Assembly (NCBI GenBank): GCA_051294375.1
Contig: CM119270.1
Span: 15,685,845-15,749,844, forward strand
Origin: Paraspadella gotoi
Lineage: Eukaryota > Animalia > Chaetognatha
DNA length: 64,000 nucleotides
Direction: 5' to 3'
Shown: piece after piece, positions 24,505 to 37,103 of the stretch
Layout: the number at the start of each line of letters is the position of its first letter
Position numbering within the stretch: the first letter of the stretch is position 1
The notes under the pieces: model-generated
Databases searched by the model: none
What the model was told of the DNA's origin: nothing
Seen by the model: the letters and a program-made list of their open reading frames with translations, nothing else
Translations under genes and position numbers: made by a program

Positions 24505-24880
24505 TGCGGAGGACTTTTTTTTCAACTTGAATTTTCTTCATGATACGTTTTTTTTTATCCAATTGGCAGGAGCTTTTTCAAACTCGAATATTTCATTCAT
24601 GATAGCTATTTTTTTTATATTCCAATTGGGCGGGAGCTTTTTCAACTCGAATATTCTTTCAATGAATAGCTTTTTTTTAATCCAATGTGCCAGGGAGCTT
24701 TTTCAACTCGAATATTTATTCATGATAGCTTTTTTTTACCAATTGGCAGGAGCTTTTTTCCAACTCGAATTTTCTTTCATGATAAGCTTTTTTTTTTATC
24801 CAATTGCGGAGAGCTTTTTTCACTCGAATTTTCTTTCATGATAGCTTTTTTTTTATCCAATTGGCAGGAGCTTTTTTGAA
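24505..24880 (+). repeat. ~59-bp tandem repeat (ttttcaactcgaattttctttcatgatagctttttttatccaattggcaggagc), about 6 copies; mirrored at 30790-31160
   Basis: Periodic recurrence of actcgaat / catgatagct / ccaattgg. Confidence 0.85.
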
Positions 24881-26154
24881 ACCATCATTCATTCATAGAA
24901 GCTTTTCTTTTTTTGGTTTTGAATCCTCGGTGACTGGAACGACTGAGCTGCGAGCGCTGGGTTATCAGATGATAAACTTTGATGATCAAGAAAGAAAACC
25001 TGAGATGCAGGGAGCGAGGGGTTAACGAGATGGGGGGGAGGGAGAGAGAGAGGGAGGAAGGAGGAGAGGAGTAGGGGGGGAGGAGAAGGGAAAGAACGGG
25101 ACGAAGGGGAGGTGGAAGGGAGTTTGAGCGAGGTCGCTTATCCATATTTTAAAAGGCGGGAAAGTTTTTTAATATTTAACGAAGTTAAATATTTGGAGCA
25201 AAGGGGGAGAAAGGAGGAAGAGGGGGGAAATGAGAAAATGGAGGTTAAAGAAAAAAGGGGGGGGAAAGGGGAGAAAGGTCAGTGTAAAGAGATAAAGGTG
25301 AATGAGAAAAGAAAGGGAAGGGAGGAGAAACAATGGAAAGAGAGACGAAGAAAGAAAAGAAATTTAGTTTAATACGCTAGTTAATTTTCGTTACCATAAA
25401 GAGAAAAAAAAGTTGGTCGTGAACTTTTTTTAATGGCGTCTGAATAGAGGTACGGGGCTGAATAGAGTTATGGGGCTGAATAGAGTTATGGGGCTGAATA
25501 TAGGACGTGGGACTAAGATTTCATAGGTTATGGAAAAAAATCCGAACAAAGGAGACGGTTTCCCCGACTTTATTTTTTTTCCCAGAAAAATTGTATTTTA
25601 AGCTGGAAATACTTACAGTGCTCAAATTAGAGTTAGTGGCAGTGGTATTAGCAGAGTGATTAAGATGAGAGAGAGATAGAGAGAGAGACGCTACTAAAAG
25701 GACTATGATTGTTTTGTTTGTTTGTTTTGGTTTTGTTTTGTTTTTTTATACACGTCGGTGCGAGCAACGGCCACTACGAGATACAAAATACTACTACTTA
25801 ATAGATTAATAAGCGTTGGTTGTTGTGGTTTATTTAATTTGTTTTGTTTGTTTTTTTCGTTCGGCGTCCGTTTTTTATGTTTTTTTTCGTATTAGAATTA
25901 TTTTCGAGACGGTTTATTGACGTTTTCACAAGGTACGATGAGATAATGTTGTTTTAATTTATTTTTTTTTAATTTCGTAACTAGATGAATAAGGATTCTT
26001 TTTTTTTTTTTTTTTTTGTTCTTTTTAAAGTTTTTTTTTTTCTTATTAGTTTTGTTTTTATACACTTAAAGTTGAATCGTTTTAGCTACGTTCGCGGTGT
26101 TCCTTCGATTAGATTTGTATACAAATCACAAGACACGAGAAAATACATTTTTAA

Positions 26155-26189
<35 letters not shown>

Positions 26190-26781
26190 GGAGAGAGAGA
26201 GAGAGCAGAGAGAGAGAGGAGAGAGAGGAGAGAGAGGAGAGAGAGAGAGAGTTTATTTGAAAGGAAGGGGAACGATGTTTTTTTTCTTCCGGGATTTAAT
26301 CGTAGAAAACTTGAAGATGTTTGTTTTTCATTGTTCTTTGTTTGTTATTTGTTTTTCAAAACGAAAAATCCCGGTTTTCCAGAAGCATGGCGAAGTCATG
26401 ATGAGAAATAAAAAACAAAACTAACCGTGAGCAAGAAAAGCGAAAAGAAAAAAGTTAGTAATGTTTTTTAGTAAATGCTACGAGTATGACTTTTTACGGA
26501 CAAAGAGACGAAACCATTAACACAATAAAATTCTAGTCTATACTCAAAATCTTAGTTGAAGAGAACTTTTATGCGATAAAGATAACGATAATGCTTCAGT
26601 ATTAATCACCATGGTCTCACTAAACTAGAATTTTTGGTGATTATGTTAAATCTAGAAAAAAGTTTCTACTATTCCCCTCACAAAAAAAAAAAGAAAGGAG
26701 GAGAAAGAGAAGAAAAGTCTTTTGACTCAAAGTCAAGGCGTCCGTCCCGAGTTTCAGGTTTTAACGAACTGGCATGCTGTT

Positions 26782-26847
<66 letters not shown>

Positions 26848-27199
26848 TTCTCCACCGCCCCACCGTCCGCATATATTTTAGACGATGACCAAAAAAAAAA
26901 AAAAAAAAGAAACTAGGTTGACAATTTTGGCGCAACCCGACAAAATTCCCACAAGAGACATCCAAATTAGCTTCCCCCCCCCTACACGTTTCCCCGCGCG
27001 CGGGGGGAAGACGACCTCTTGATATAGAGTCGTTCGCGTAACGAGATTTTCCCATTCGTAAACCCGTTACGGAGCTCCGCCTTCCCTTCCTCCTGCGAAA
27101 ACGAAACGCGGTCTCCTTTAAACTATGGGATAAAGGAAAAAAATCATTTCCATCGAAGAAATTGACTCTCTCGCCCTTCTGGTCTCTGGTCGGCCTCTA

Positions 27200-27267
<68 letters not shown>

Positions 27268-27276
27268 TCCTAATAT

Positions 27277-27773
27277 GGGTGTTATGAAGGCATCGTTTCC
27301 TAAACAACTCATTGTTATATCAAATTTCGGTAGGCATCGATAGACAATTACAAACATTATCTACATGCCATTAATTTCATCATAATCCGACATATCCGTT
27401 TCAAAAGGAATCGCCAAAAACGCTAATCGCAAAAATCGCTCTTCAAACGCATCAACTTTCCTTTAAAATCGAGCTCGTTTTGATTCAACAAAGATTAGTA
27501 CTATGCGTGTACTAAGCTGAAGAACCGGCGCACAGGTGAGAATCCTGGGCCTGAATTTTTCAGAAAAAATCCCGTTCATTAAAAATATTTTTTATCTTAT
27601 ATTAATTAACTCAAAAATATTTTTGTTTTAAATTTTTTGAATATTATACACAAAAAAATATAAAACATATATGTATGATTAAATAATATAAGATTAAAAT
27701 AAAATATTTAATATTTATAAATATATTAATCATATTAAATATTAATAAATCAAAAAAAATTTAATTTTATTAT

Positions 27774-27821
<48 letters not shown>

Positions 27822-28407
27822 TAAAAATAATAATAAATAAAATATAAATATTTATTTTTATTTTATTTTTTAATTATATTATTATTTTATTATTATTATT
27901 ATATTTTATTATTATTATTTTATTATTATTATTATTTTATATTATTATTATTTTATTATTATTATATTAATCTGATATATATATATTTTATTATAAAATA
28001 TTTTATTTTAATTATTTAAAATTAATAAAAATTATGTTTAATTTTTTAAATATTCAAATAAATTTAAAAAAAAATATTTTTATAATTATATATTATATAA
28101 TAAAAAAATATTTTTAACTGAACGGGATTTTTCTGAAAAAATTCAGGCCCAGGATCTACACTGTGCGCCAGGTTCTAAAGCTTAGTACTACGCATAGTAC
28201 TAATCCTTTGTTGAATAAAACGAGCTCGATTTTAAAGAAAGTTGATCGTTTGAAGAGCGATTTTTGCGATTGCTTTTGTGCGAACTTTTGAACGGATTGT
28301 CGGATTATGATGAAATTATGCATGTAGATAATGTTTGTAATTGTCTATCGAATGCTACCAAATTTGATATAAAAACAATGAGTTGTTTAGAAACGATGCT
28401 CATCCCC
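27277..28407. mobile_element. Transposon-like (MITE/foldback) insert at the centre of the giant palindrome
   Basis: In the cleaner right copy the flank cctaattat is followed by ggggatgagcatcg..., whereas the same flank at 40045-40053 continues cacttttctcg (empty site). About 320 bp of complex sequence on each side of an (AAT)n/(TAT)n core. Confidence 0.55.
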
Positions 28408-28452
28408 ATAATTAGGAGAGAGAGAGAAGAGAGAGAGAGAGGGGGATGACGA

Positions 28453-28483
<31 letters not shown>

Positions 28484-28862
28484 AGAGGATGAGAGCGACG
28501 AGACAGAGGGCGAGAGAGTCAATTTTCTTCGATGGAAATGATTTTTTCCCTTTTCCCGTTTTAAAGGAGACCGCGGTTTCGTTTTCGCAGGGAGGAAGGA
28601 AGGCGGAGCTCGTAACGGGTTTCGAATGGGCAAATCTCGTTACGCGAACGGACTCTATATCAAAGGACGTCGTCTTCCCCCGCGCGCGGGGGAAACGTGT
28701 AGGGGGGGGGAAGCATAATTTTGGATGTCTCTTGTGGGATTTGTGGGGTTGCCGCCAAATGCAACCCTAGTTCTTTTTTTTTTTTTTTTTTGGTGCATCG
28801 CAAATATATGCGGACGTGGGAGGCGGCGCCGTCCGAGATGAAGAGAGAGAGAGAGAGAGAGA

Positions 28863-28907
<45 letters not shown>

Positions 28908-29419
28908 ACACATGCCCAGTCGTTAAACTGAACTCGGGACGGACGCCTTGACTTGAGTCAAAGACTCTTTCTTTCTCTTTCTCCTCCTTTCTTTTTTTTT
29001 TTTGTGGAGGGGATGAACTTTTCTAGATTTTAAATAATCACCAAAATTTCTAAGTTTACTGAGACCATGGTGATTAATAACGATAGCATTATCGTTATTC
29101 TTATCGCATAAAAGTCTCTTCAACTAAGATTTGAGTATAGACTAGAATTTTTCTTTGTGTTAATGGGTTCGTCTCTTTGTCCGCTAAAAAGTCATACGTC
29201 GTGCATTTATCAAAAAACATTACTAACCTTTTTCTTTCCTTTTCTTCTCAGGTTTAGTTTGTCTTTTATTTTCTCATCATGACTTCGCCATCTTCTGGGA
29301 AAACGGGGATTTTTCGTTTGAAAAAACAAATAAACAAACAAAAGAACAATGAAAAACAAATCTTCAAGTTTTTCTACGATTAAATCCCGAGAAGAAAAAA
29401 AACATCGTTCCCTTTCAAT

Positions 29420-29468
<49 letters not shown>

Positions 29469-29479
29469 TCTTCCTCTCT

Positions 29480-29519
<40 letters not shown>

Positions 29520-32227
29520 TTAAAAATTATTTTCTCGTGTTTTGTGATTTGTATACAAACTAATCGAAGAAACACCAACGTAGCCTAAAAACGATTCAAC
29601 TTTAAAGTGGTATAAAAAAAAACTTATAAGAAAAAAAAAAACTTTAAAAAAGAACCAAAAAAAAAAAAAAAAAAAAGAATCCTTATTCATCTAGTTACGA
29701 AATTAAAAAAAATAATTAAAACAAATTATCTCATCGTACCTTGTGAAAACGTCAATAAACCGTCTCGAAAATAATTCTAATACGAAAAAAAAAACATAAA
29801 AAACGGACGCCGAACGAAAAAAACAACAAAACAAATTTAAATAAACCACAACAACCAACGCTTATTAATCCTAATTAAGTAGTAGTATTTTGTATCTCGT
29901 AGTGGCCGTTGCTCGCACCGACGTGTATAAAAAAACAAAACAAAACCAAAACAAAACAAACAAAACAATCATAGTCCTTTTAGTAGCGTTCTCTCTCTCT
30001 ATCTCTCTCTCATCTTAATCACTCTGCTAATACCACTGCCACTAACTCTAATTTTGAGCACTGTAAGTATTTCCAGCCTTAAAAATACAATTTTTCTGGG
30101 AAAAAAAATAACAGTCGGGGAAACCGTCTCCTTGTTCGGATTTTTTTCCATAACCTATGAAATCTTAGTCCCACGTCCTATATTCAGCCCCATAACTCTA
30201 TTCAGCCCCATAACTCTATTCAGCCCCGTACCTCTATTCAGACGCCATTAAAAAAAGTTCACGACCAACTTTTTTTTCTCTTTATGGTTAACGAAAATTA
30301 ACTAGCGTATTAAACTAAAATTTCTTTTCTTTCTTCGTCTCTCTTTCATTGTTTCTCCTCCCTTCCCTTTCTTTTCTCATTCACCTTTATCTCTTTACAC
30401 TGACCTTTCTCCCCTTTCCCCCCCTTTTTTCTTTAACCTCCATTTTCTCATTTCCCCCCTCTTCCTCCTTTCTCCCCTCTTGCTCCAAATATTTAACTTC
30501 GTTAAATATTAAAAAACTTTCCCGCCTTTTAAAATATGGGATAAGCGACCTCGCTCAAACTCCCTTCCACCTCCCCTTCGTCCCGTTCTTTCCCTTCCTG
30601 CCTCCCCCCTACTCCTGCTCCTCCTTCTCCCTCTCTCTCTCCCTCCCCCCCATCTCGTTAACCCCTCGCTCCCTGCATCTCAGGTTTTCTTTCTTGATCA
30701 TCAAAGTTTATCATCTGATAACCCAGCGCTCGCAGCCTCAGTCGTTCCAGTCACCGAGGATTCAAAACCAAAAAAAGAAAAGCTTCTATGAATGAATGAT
30801 GGTTTCAAAAAAGCTCCTGGCGCAATTGGATAAAAAAAAGCTATCATGAAAGAAATATTCGAGTGAAAAAAGCTCCGCCAATTGGATAAAAAAAAGCATA
30901 TCATGAAAGAAATTCGAGTTGGAAAAAAGCTCCTGCCAATTGGAATAAAAAAAAGCTATCATGAAGTAAATATTTCGAGTTGAAAAGCTCCTGCGCAATT
31001 GGATAAAAAAAAAGCTATTCATGAAAGAATATCGAGTTAAAAAGCTCCCGCCAATTGGAAATAAAAAAATAGCTATCATGAATGAAATATTCGAGTTTGA
31101 AAAAAAGCTCCTGCCAATTGGATAAAAAAAAAAGATGATTCATGAAAAATATTCAAGGTTGAAAAAGCCTCCGCACGAAAAAGTCTAAAATCTTTTAAAA
31201 AAAAAAAAGCATCATTACCGGTAAACATGAGTTTTCGAATCGGCTCCCAACAAAGAAAGATGATTTCGAATCGCCGTGACGAGAAAGCTAAACTTCACCG
31301 GAAAACGACAATCAGACAGGCACAACAACATACGGACGACGACAACGACCATGTGCCGTTGTATTCATTTGTCGCCTGGGAGGATATATTAGGAGAAGCC
31401 TCGTTTTAAAAGAGTTCCGAAAAAAAGGAGGAAGGAACAGGGAAATTGGTCAGCTGGTTACGAAGGAAAATAAAATTTCATAAGCCAATAATGGTCGATG
31501 GAAATTGTGAATGGAAAAAGGTTTGGCGTAAACTCTATGTAGAGACATTAGATTTTTTCAGAATATTTATTCGGTCTAGTAAGGAAGGCTAAAAATTAAT
31601 ACAATCTAAAGACAAACGATGAAAAAATGTATAACAAGAGTTGTCATTAAAAAAAAATGGAAAGGAGGTAAAGTCATTGGCCTCGTTTCTGCTCCGTGTC
31701 AAACTGTACTTCGTCGGGACGACGGCGCAAACGTTCATCGCACGTAAAACGTAATGAAAGACCCGAAACAAAACACAGCGAAAAAAGAACAGAAGAAAAA
31801 GAAAAACAAACAACGGAAAGCCTGCAGTCGGTCTTTACCTCGCGACGCCGGCGCAACGGCCGTATCACCGCCTCTTGTTCGTCGCAAACATAAATCATAA
31901 CAAAAAACGCGAGGAAGTTTCTGCGCCCAACGAAACAACGCGAGAAAAACGGGGAAGAAACAAACGTTTCGTCGTCTTCGGACGCGAAAACGAAAACATA
32001 ACGAAAATAGCACGGTGAAAGAAAAACAAAACAAAAGAAAGAAGAAAAGAAAGGAAAAAAGAAAGAAAGAAGCGACGACGACAAAAAACAATTGTTTCTT
32101 TATTGCGTCGAGGCAGAATTTTGAAAAAAAGTTAAAATTTAAGGAAAGAAATCGGAATTTTAAATTTTTTTTGGGTGAAAAAAGGGAAAAAAATTCAAAA
32201 GCAACGACTGAAAAAAAAAAGAATAAA

Positions 32228-32261
<34 letters not shown>

Positions 32262-32351
32262 AAATAAATAAATAATAAATAAATAAATAAATAAATAATA
32301 ATAATAAATAATTAATATATAGTATAAATAAATAAATAAAAAAAGGGCAAG

Positions 32352-32715
32352 ATGGCGCAGAGCAGATTAAATCAAGGATGCAGGTTCATCGAACCGCGAA
32401 GTGGATAAATGCAGGTGAGTGATTCCCGGGATTCGATCCTCGTCGTCGTCGTCAGTTTGTCGTCGTCGTCGTCGTCGTCTCGTCGTCTCGTCGTCGTCGT
32501 CGTCTTTGTTTTCGTCGTCGTCGTTCGTCGTCTCTTCCTTTCAGTTGTTGTCTTCTCTCTCTCTTCGACACCAAATAAAAAAAAAAGAAGAAAAAAATCA
32601 TTATTGCGAATTCGTCGACTGCTCTTTTTTTTTTTTTTCTCCTTAGGTGGAAATATGGTTTCTTGCACGAGTCTGAAAGAAAAACCTCCGCAAGTAAGTG
32701 ACAACAATTTTTTTT

Positions 32716-32751
<36 letters not shown>

Positions 32752-32770
32752 TTCTTTCTTTCTTTCTTCT

Positions 32771-32801
<31 letters not shown>

Positions 32802-33789
32802 TTTCTTTCTTTTTTTTTTTTAGCCGTTTATATATATACACATCAACGGTTTTTTTTGGCGGGTGGTTTCTTTAATTACTTTCATTCGACGAAAATTTGA
32901 TTAATTTCCTAAAAAATTTAGACTCTCACTTATCTCACTTACTTCAGAGTTTAACTGTCAAGCTTATTAACACACGGTCGCTCAACAGGCGCTTCGCTCA
33001 CGTGGCCGGCTAAAAAATAGGGCTTCGCGAGGTCGAAGACGTGTGTCCCTTTCGTCTCAGATTCGATGGCAATACTTTGCAGATCGTCATCGAGAATGCC
33101 GAAAAGTAGACAAATATAATACAGCAAGTGTGGAATCAATCGGCTGGGCTGTGACGCCCGATGGGTAGATCATCTAGCCTGTTGACGTTAGGGGGCTTCG
33201 GACCCTCGGCAGGAATCGTTGGGATTTGATAGAACGGAGGGTTTGGATGATGCGGTTGGATGAACTTTGGATAAGAACGCAGGTTTGGATTATCGTTCCC
33301 GCGCTGCGACATTGGGATTGGGTGAAAAAAGACGGAGGTGAGACATAACGTTCCGTTCAGTCGGAAGCATAAATCCCAAATTGCCTTTAAGGGTTTTGGA
33401 CCCGCAGTGGTCGTCTCAATCCAAGACCTCTTTAGGTCGACTCCGGACGCCTGAGCGAATTGGCCAATCAGAAATACGTCATTAAGGCCGCAACGTTTAT
33501 ACATGTATAGATTCCCGCACAGTAGAATAAGTTTCAAACAAAAAACCCACAGCAACATATACACCGCAACAATTAGACGTAACGCGTTGACAAGCCTCAT
33601 CAAACTCGAACCCAAAAGCAGAAAACGCGATCCTTCGTCGGAGTCAAAACCGGAGAAAATCTAAAACCCGGAAAGTCGTTGGCTCCCATTCCATTCCGCC
33701 CCCCCCCACCCGTCTCTCTCTCTCTCTCTTTCCGTTATTTTCTCCCTTTTCTCTCTCTCTCTCTTTCTCTCTCTCTCTTTTTTTTCTCT

Positions 33790-33820
<31 letters not shown>

Positions 33821-36071
33821 CTCTCAATTTCGATTTCCATCTCACCTTTTATCCTTTTTTTTTTTTTATGCTCCTCCTTTTATTTTCTCCTTCATTTTTT
33901 TTTTTGGGTCGAGCTTCTTTCGCTCTTTCTTTTCCCATCGCCGCGACACGATCCTATTTTCACCCGCGTCCTTTTATAGCTTCCGTCGTACGTTTTTTTT
34001 TCCTTTTCACGCGCTTTCACTTTCATCCTTATTCTTCCTTATTTTTATAACCTATTTTTTTCAGTGGTATTTTTTTCTCAAACTTTTTTTACGTTTTATT
34101 CTTCACCCTTTTTTTGACCTTTTCTTTTCTTTCCTTTCCTTTCCTTTTCCTTTCTTTCCTTTCCTTTGTTTTTTTCCTTTCCTTTCCTTTCCTTTCCTTC
34201 CTTTTCTTTCCTTTCTTTCTTTCCTTTCCTTTCCTTTCCTTTCCTTTTCATTTCCTTTCCTTTCCTCCGTTCCTTTCCTTTCCTTTCCTTTCCTTTCCTT
34301 TCCTTTTTTCCTTTCCTTCCTTCCTTTCCTTCCTTTCCTTTCCTGTCTTTTTCATTCTTTTGTCTTTTTTTTCCTTGATTGTTTGTATATTTCTTTTTTC
34401 CTTGTTTTCATTATTTCTTTTTTTTTTTCCCTTTCCTTCCTCTACTCTTTTCTCTCTTTCATTTCTACCTGTATAATTCTCTCCGGATCACGAACTTAAC
34501 CTCCTGACCTCCAGCGGGTTTCTCGCTGGTACGGCAACTCAACCTTCCAAAGCGTGAGGAGGCTGCAGCCGCGCTCGATTTCTCCAACGATCCCTCTCCT
34601 CTCCTCCTCCTCCTTCTCTCTCCCCTTTCTATCGCCACGCCCCTTCTCTCCCCCCACCTGACCGATCTTCTCGTCAGGTCCTCCTCTCAAAAAAAGAAAC
34701 CTCTTCCTAACCTCTTCGTTGCTCCGTCTTCGAATCCTTCTCGTATTACTCGATCCTTCATCGTTGTATTCCATTTTTTTGGGGGGTCTTATTCTTTTTC
34801 TATTTCATTAGTCCTATTATAATAGTATTAATAGTATAATAGTATAATACTAGAATAAATACGTTTACTACTTTTTAAATTGTCCTTATCTTTATTTGCG
34901 AAAGACGCTGTCCTTCCATTGCTTTTCAGTTTGCCGCCGCAGTACTCGAGCAACTCTATAAGTCACTTTTCGGTCGGTCGTCCATCGGTCGGTCAGTTCG
35001 TCGGTATGCGGGCCGTCGGTCTGTCCCACTTACGTTAAAAACGCTTTTAACTTGCCTATATGTGTTGCTCATTTGTTGAAAATCAACCTAATCGACTACT
35101 GGACGCCTTTGTTTTAATGAAAGTAAAAAAAAGTAATGCGCGCACACCTTGGAATAACCGTTCTTGTTTTTCATAATTTCCGTTTTCTATCTTCATCGTT
35201 GCTACACAATTTACTTAGCTTGCTTTTTTTTATCCCCTTCTCGTAAGCCCCTCGCTTTATTGAATATACTTAAACAGAAGTTTATCTAGGTTACTCTCTC
35301 TGTTTTTCTCCACTCGTATTTTCTTTCTTTTTAAATCTTCATTCTCTCCTTATTTTCAACCTTCCTCCTTTTTTAAAAAAAACTCTTATCATCTTTCCTT
35401 CGATCCTCAGTCGTACCCTTTCCTCCACCTTCCTCTTTATTTCCTTTCTCCTCTCTCGATTCAGGCCACGCCCACGAACAAAGTCCGCCGAGTCGTTTCG
35501 TTCGGGGTGGTGGGGGGAAGAAGGGTGGGGGGGGAGAAAGGGTTGGGGGAAGAAGGGGTGGGGGAAGAAGGGGTGGGGGTTAGAAGGGATGGGGGAGGGG
35601 GAGAGTGAAAGGGACCTCTGAGGTCTAGGGTTCCAAAAAATCGTTGTTCGCGTGAGGGCAACTAAAGAGCGAAACGACGAAACGGAACGAAAATAAAAAG
35701 ACTAAAAGAAAGAAACAAAAGACAAACAAAGACACGAAGAGACAAAACAAAATTAAAAAAAAACAAACAATATTTGGTTATTTCTCTCACGCTCCGTCGA
35801 TTCACGTCTTTCATAACCCAAATCGACGACAACAACAACAACAACGAGAGACTACGCAAACTCACCTTACGACCTCATCCCGTGAGACCCCTTCACTCAC
35901 TCACCTTCCCCATTCGCAGGTGGGTCCGGAGGGGAGTTCCGGCTGCGACCCTTTTCGTCGTCTGCTATTCCAAAAACGAGGGGAGGACAAAAAGAGATCG
36001 GAGGACGGAGGTCATCAGGGACAACGTTAATCCATTTTAGGAGAAATTCACGTTGCGAGTATCAGTTCGAA
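32352..36071 (+). pseudogene. Frameshifted mirror copies of copine exons 1-3 (32352-32414, 32647-32693, 35920-36071)
   Basis: Same sequence as the minus-strand exons but with scattered 1-nt indels. Lies inside the inverted duplication, so probably not a real locus. Confidence 0.45.
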
Positions 36072-36834
36072 GTGAGTTCTGATTAGGATGCGGGTTTGAA
36101 TGAGTTCTGAGTTGTGATGCGGTTTAAAGTGAGTTCTGAAATGGTATGGAGTTCTAAGTGATGTCTGAGTTTGGATGTGGGTTTGAAGTGAGTTTTATGA
36201 CTTGCGATGAGGGTTTAAGTAAAGTTCTGAAATGTAGGGGGCTTGAAGTAGTTCTGAATGGTATGGGGGTTCGAAGTGGATGTCTGAGTTTGGATGGGGT
36301 TTGAAGGAGTTCTAGTGGCGATTTTGGGTTTGAAGTGATTTGTGTTAGGATGCGGTTTGAGGAGTTCTGAATGTGTGTGGATAAGAAGGAGACTTACTGA
36401 GATGTGACAGTTTAATGTGAGTTCGGGTTTAAATGTTAGTTTTAAGAAGTCTGGTTATAGAAAGCCGAATCTTTTTTTTTGACGGGTCGTTTGAGAAAAA
36501 AAAATAACAGATTGTCATCTGAGAAAATGGAATTTATCGTCAAACTTATAAGAAATAACTAATTCCTAAATAAACTAAAAAGTATTAGGGATAAATAAAG
36601 TTAAGTCAATTAATCATGATAAGATAAAAGGAAAAAACAGTTTATTTGCAAAGAGAGAGATTTAATCTTCTTTACGAAGGAAAAAAAGTAAGTTAACAGA
36701 ATATAACGAACTTCTCCTGTCGAGAGGTAAGTAGTGCCTAAATATCACTTAGAAGTAAGTTGATGAAAGTAAGTGAAGGTAAATGGGAAGGAAGGTCGGA
36801 CGTTGGCACCAAAGGTGGCGTTAAGACATAAAGG

Positions 36835-36898
<64 letters not shown>

Positions 36899-37103
36899 TC
36901 TCTTCCTCTCTCTCTCTTTCTTCTTTTCTGTCAGTTTCGAGACGATTGACAAAAAAAGGGAACGATGAGCAAGAAACGAAAAAAATTGCGGGGGAGAGGG
37001 AGGGCGTGAAATGGGACAAGAGATAATACCACGCCCTCCACTCTCTTCTCTCTCTCTCCATCTCATCTCTCTCCACTCNNNNNNNNNNNNNNNNNNNNNN
37101 NNN

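Larger units (their letters stand above)
18329..37078. repeat. Giant inverted duplication (arms ~9.3-9.5 kb, AT-rich centre ~27600-28110); probably an assembly artefact
   Basis: Reverse-complement matches throughout, e.g. 23104-23169 vs 32352-32414, 19388-19543 vs 35920-36071, 24500-24880 vs 30790-31160. Both outer ends abut 25-N gaps at mirror-identical sequence. Confidence 0.92.

Noticed and set aside
32352-36071. A second, divergently oriented copine paralog
   Set aside because: Introns are as similar as exons, differences are mostly 1-nt indels, and the copy ends at a mirrored gap edge, so it is best explained as an artefact.
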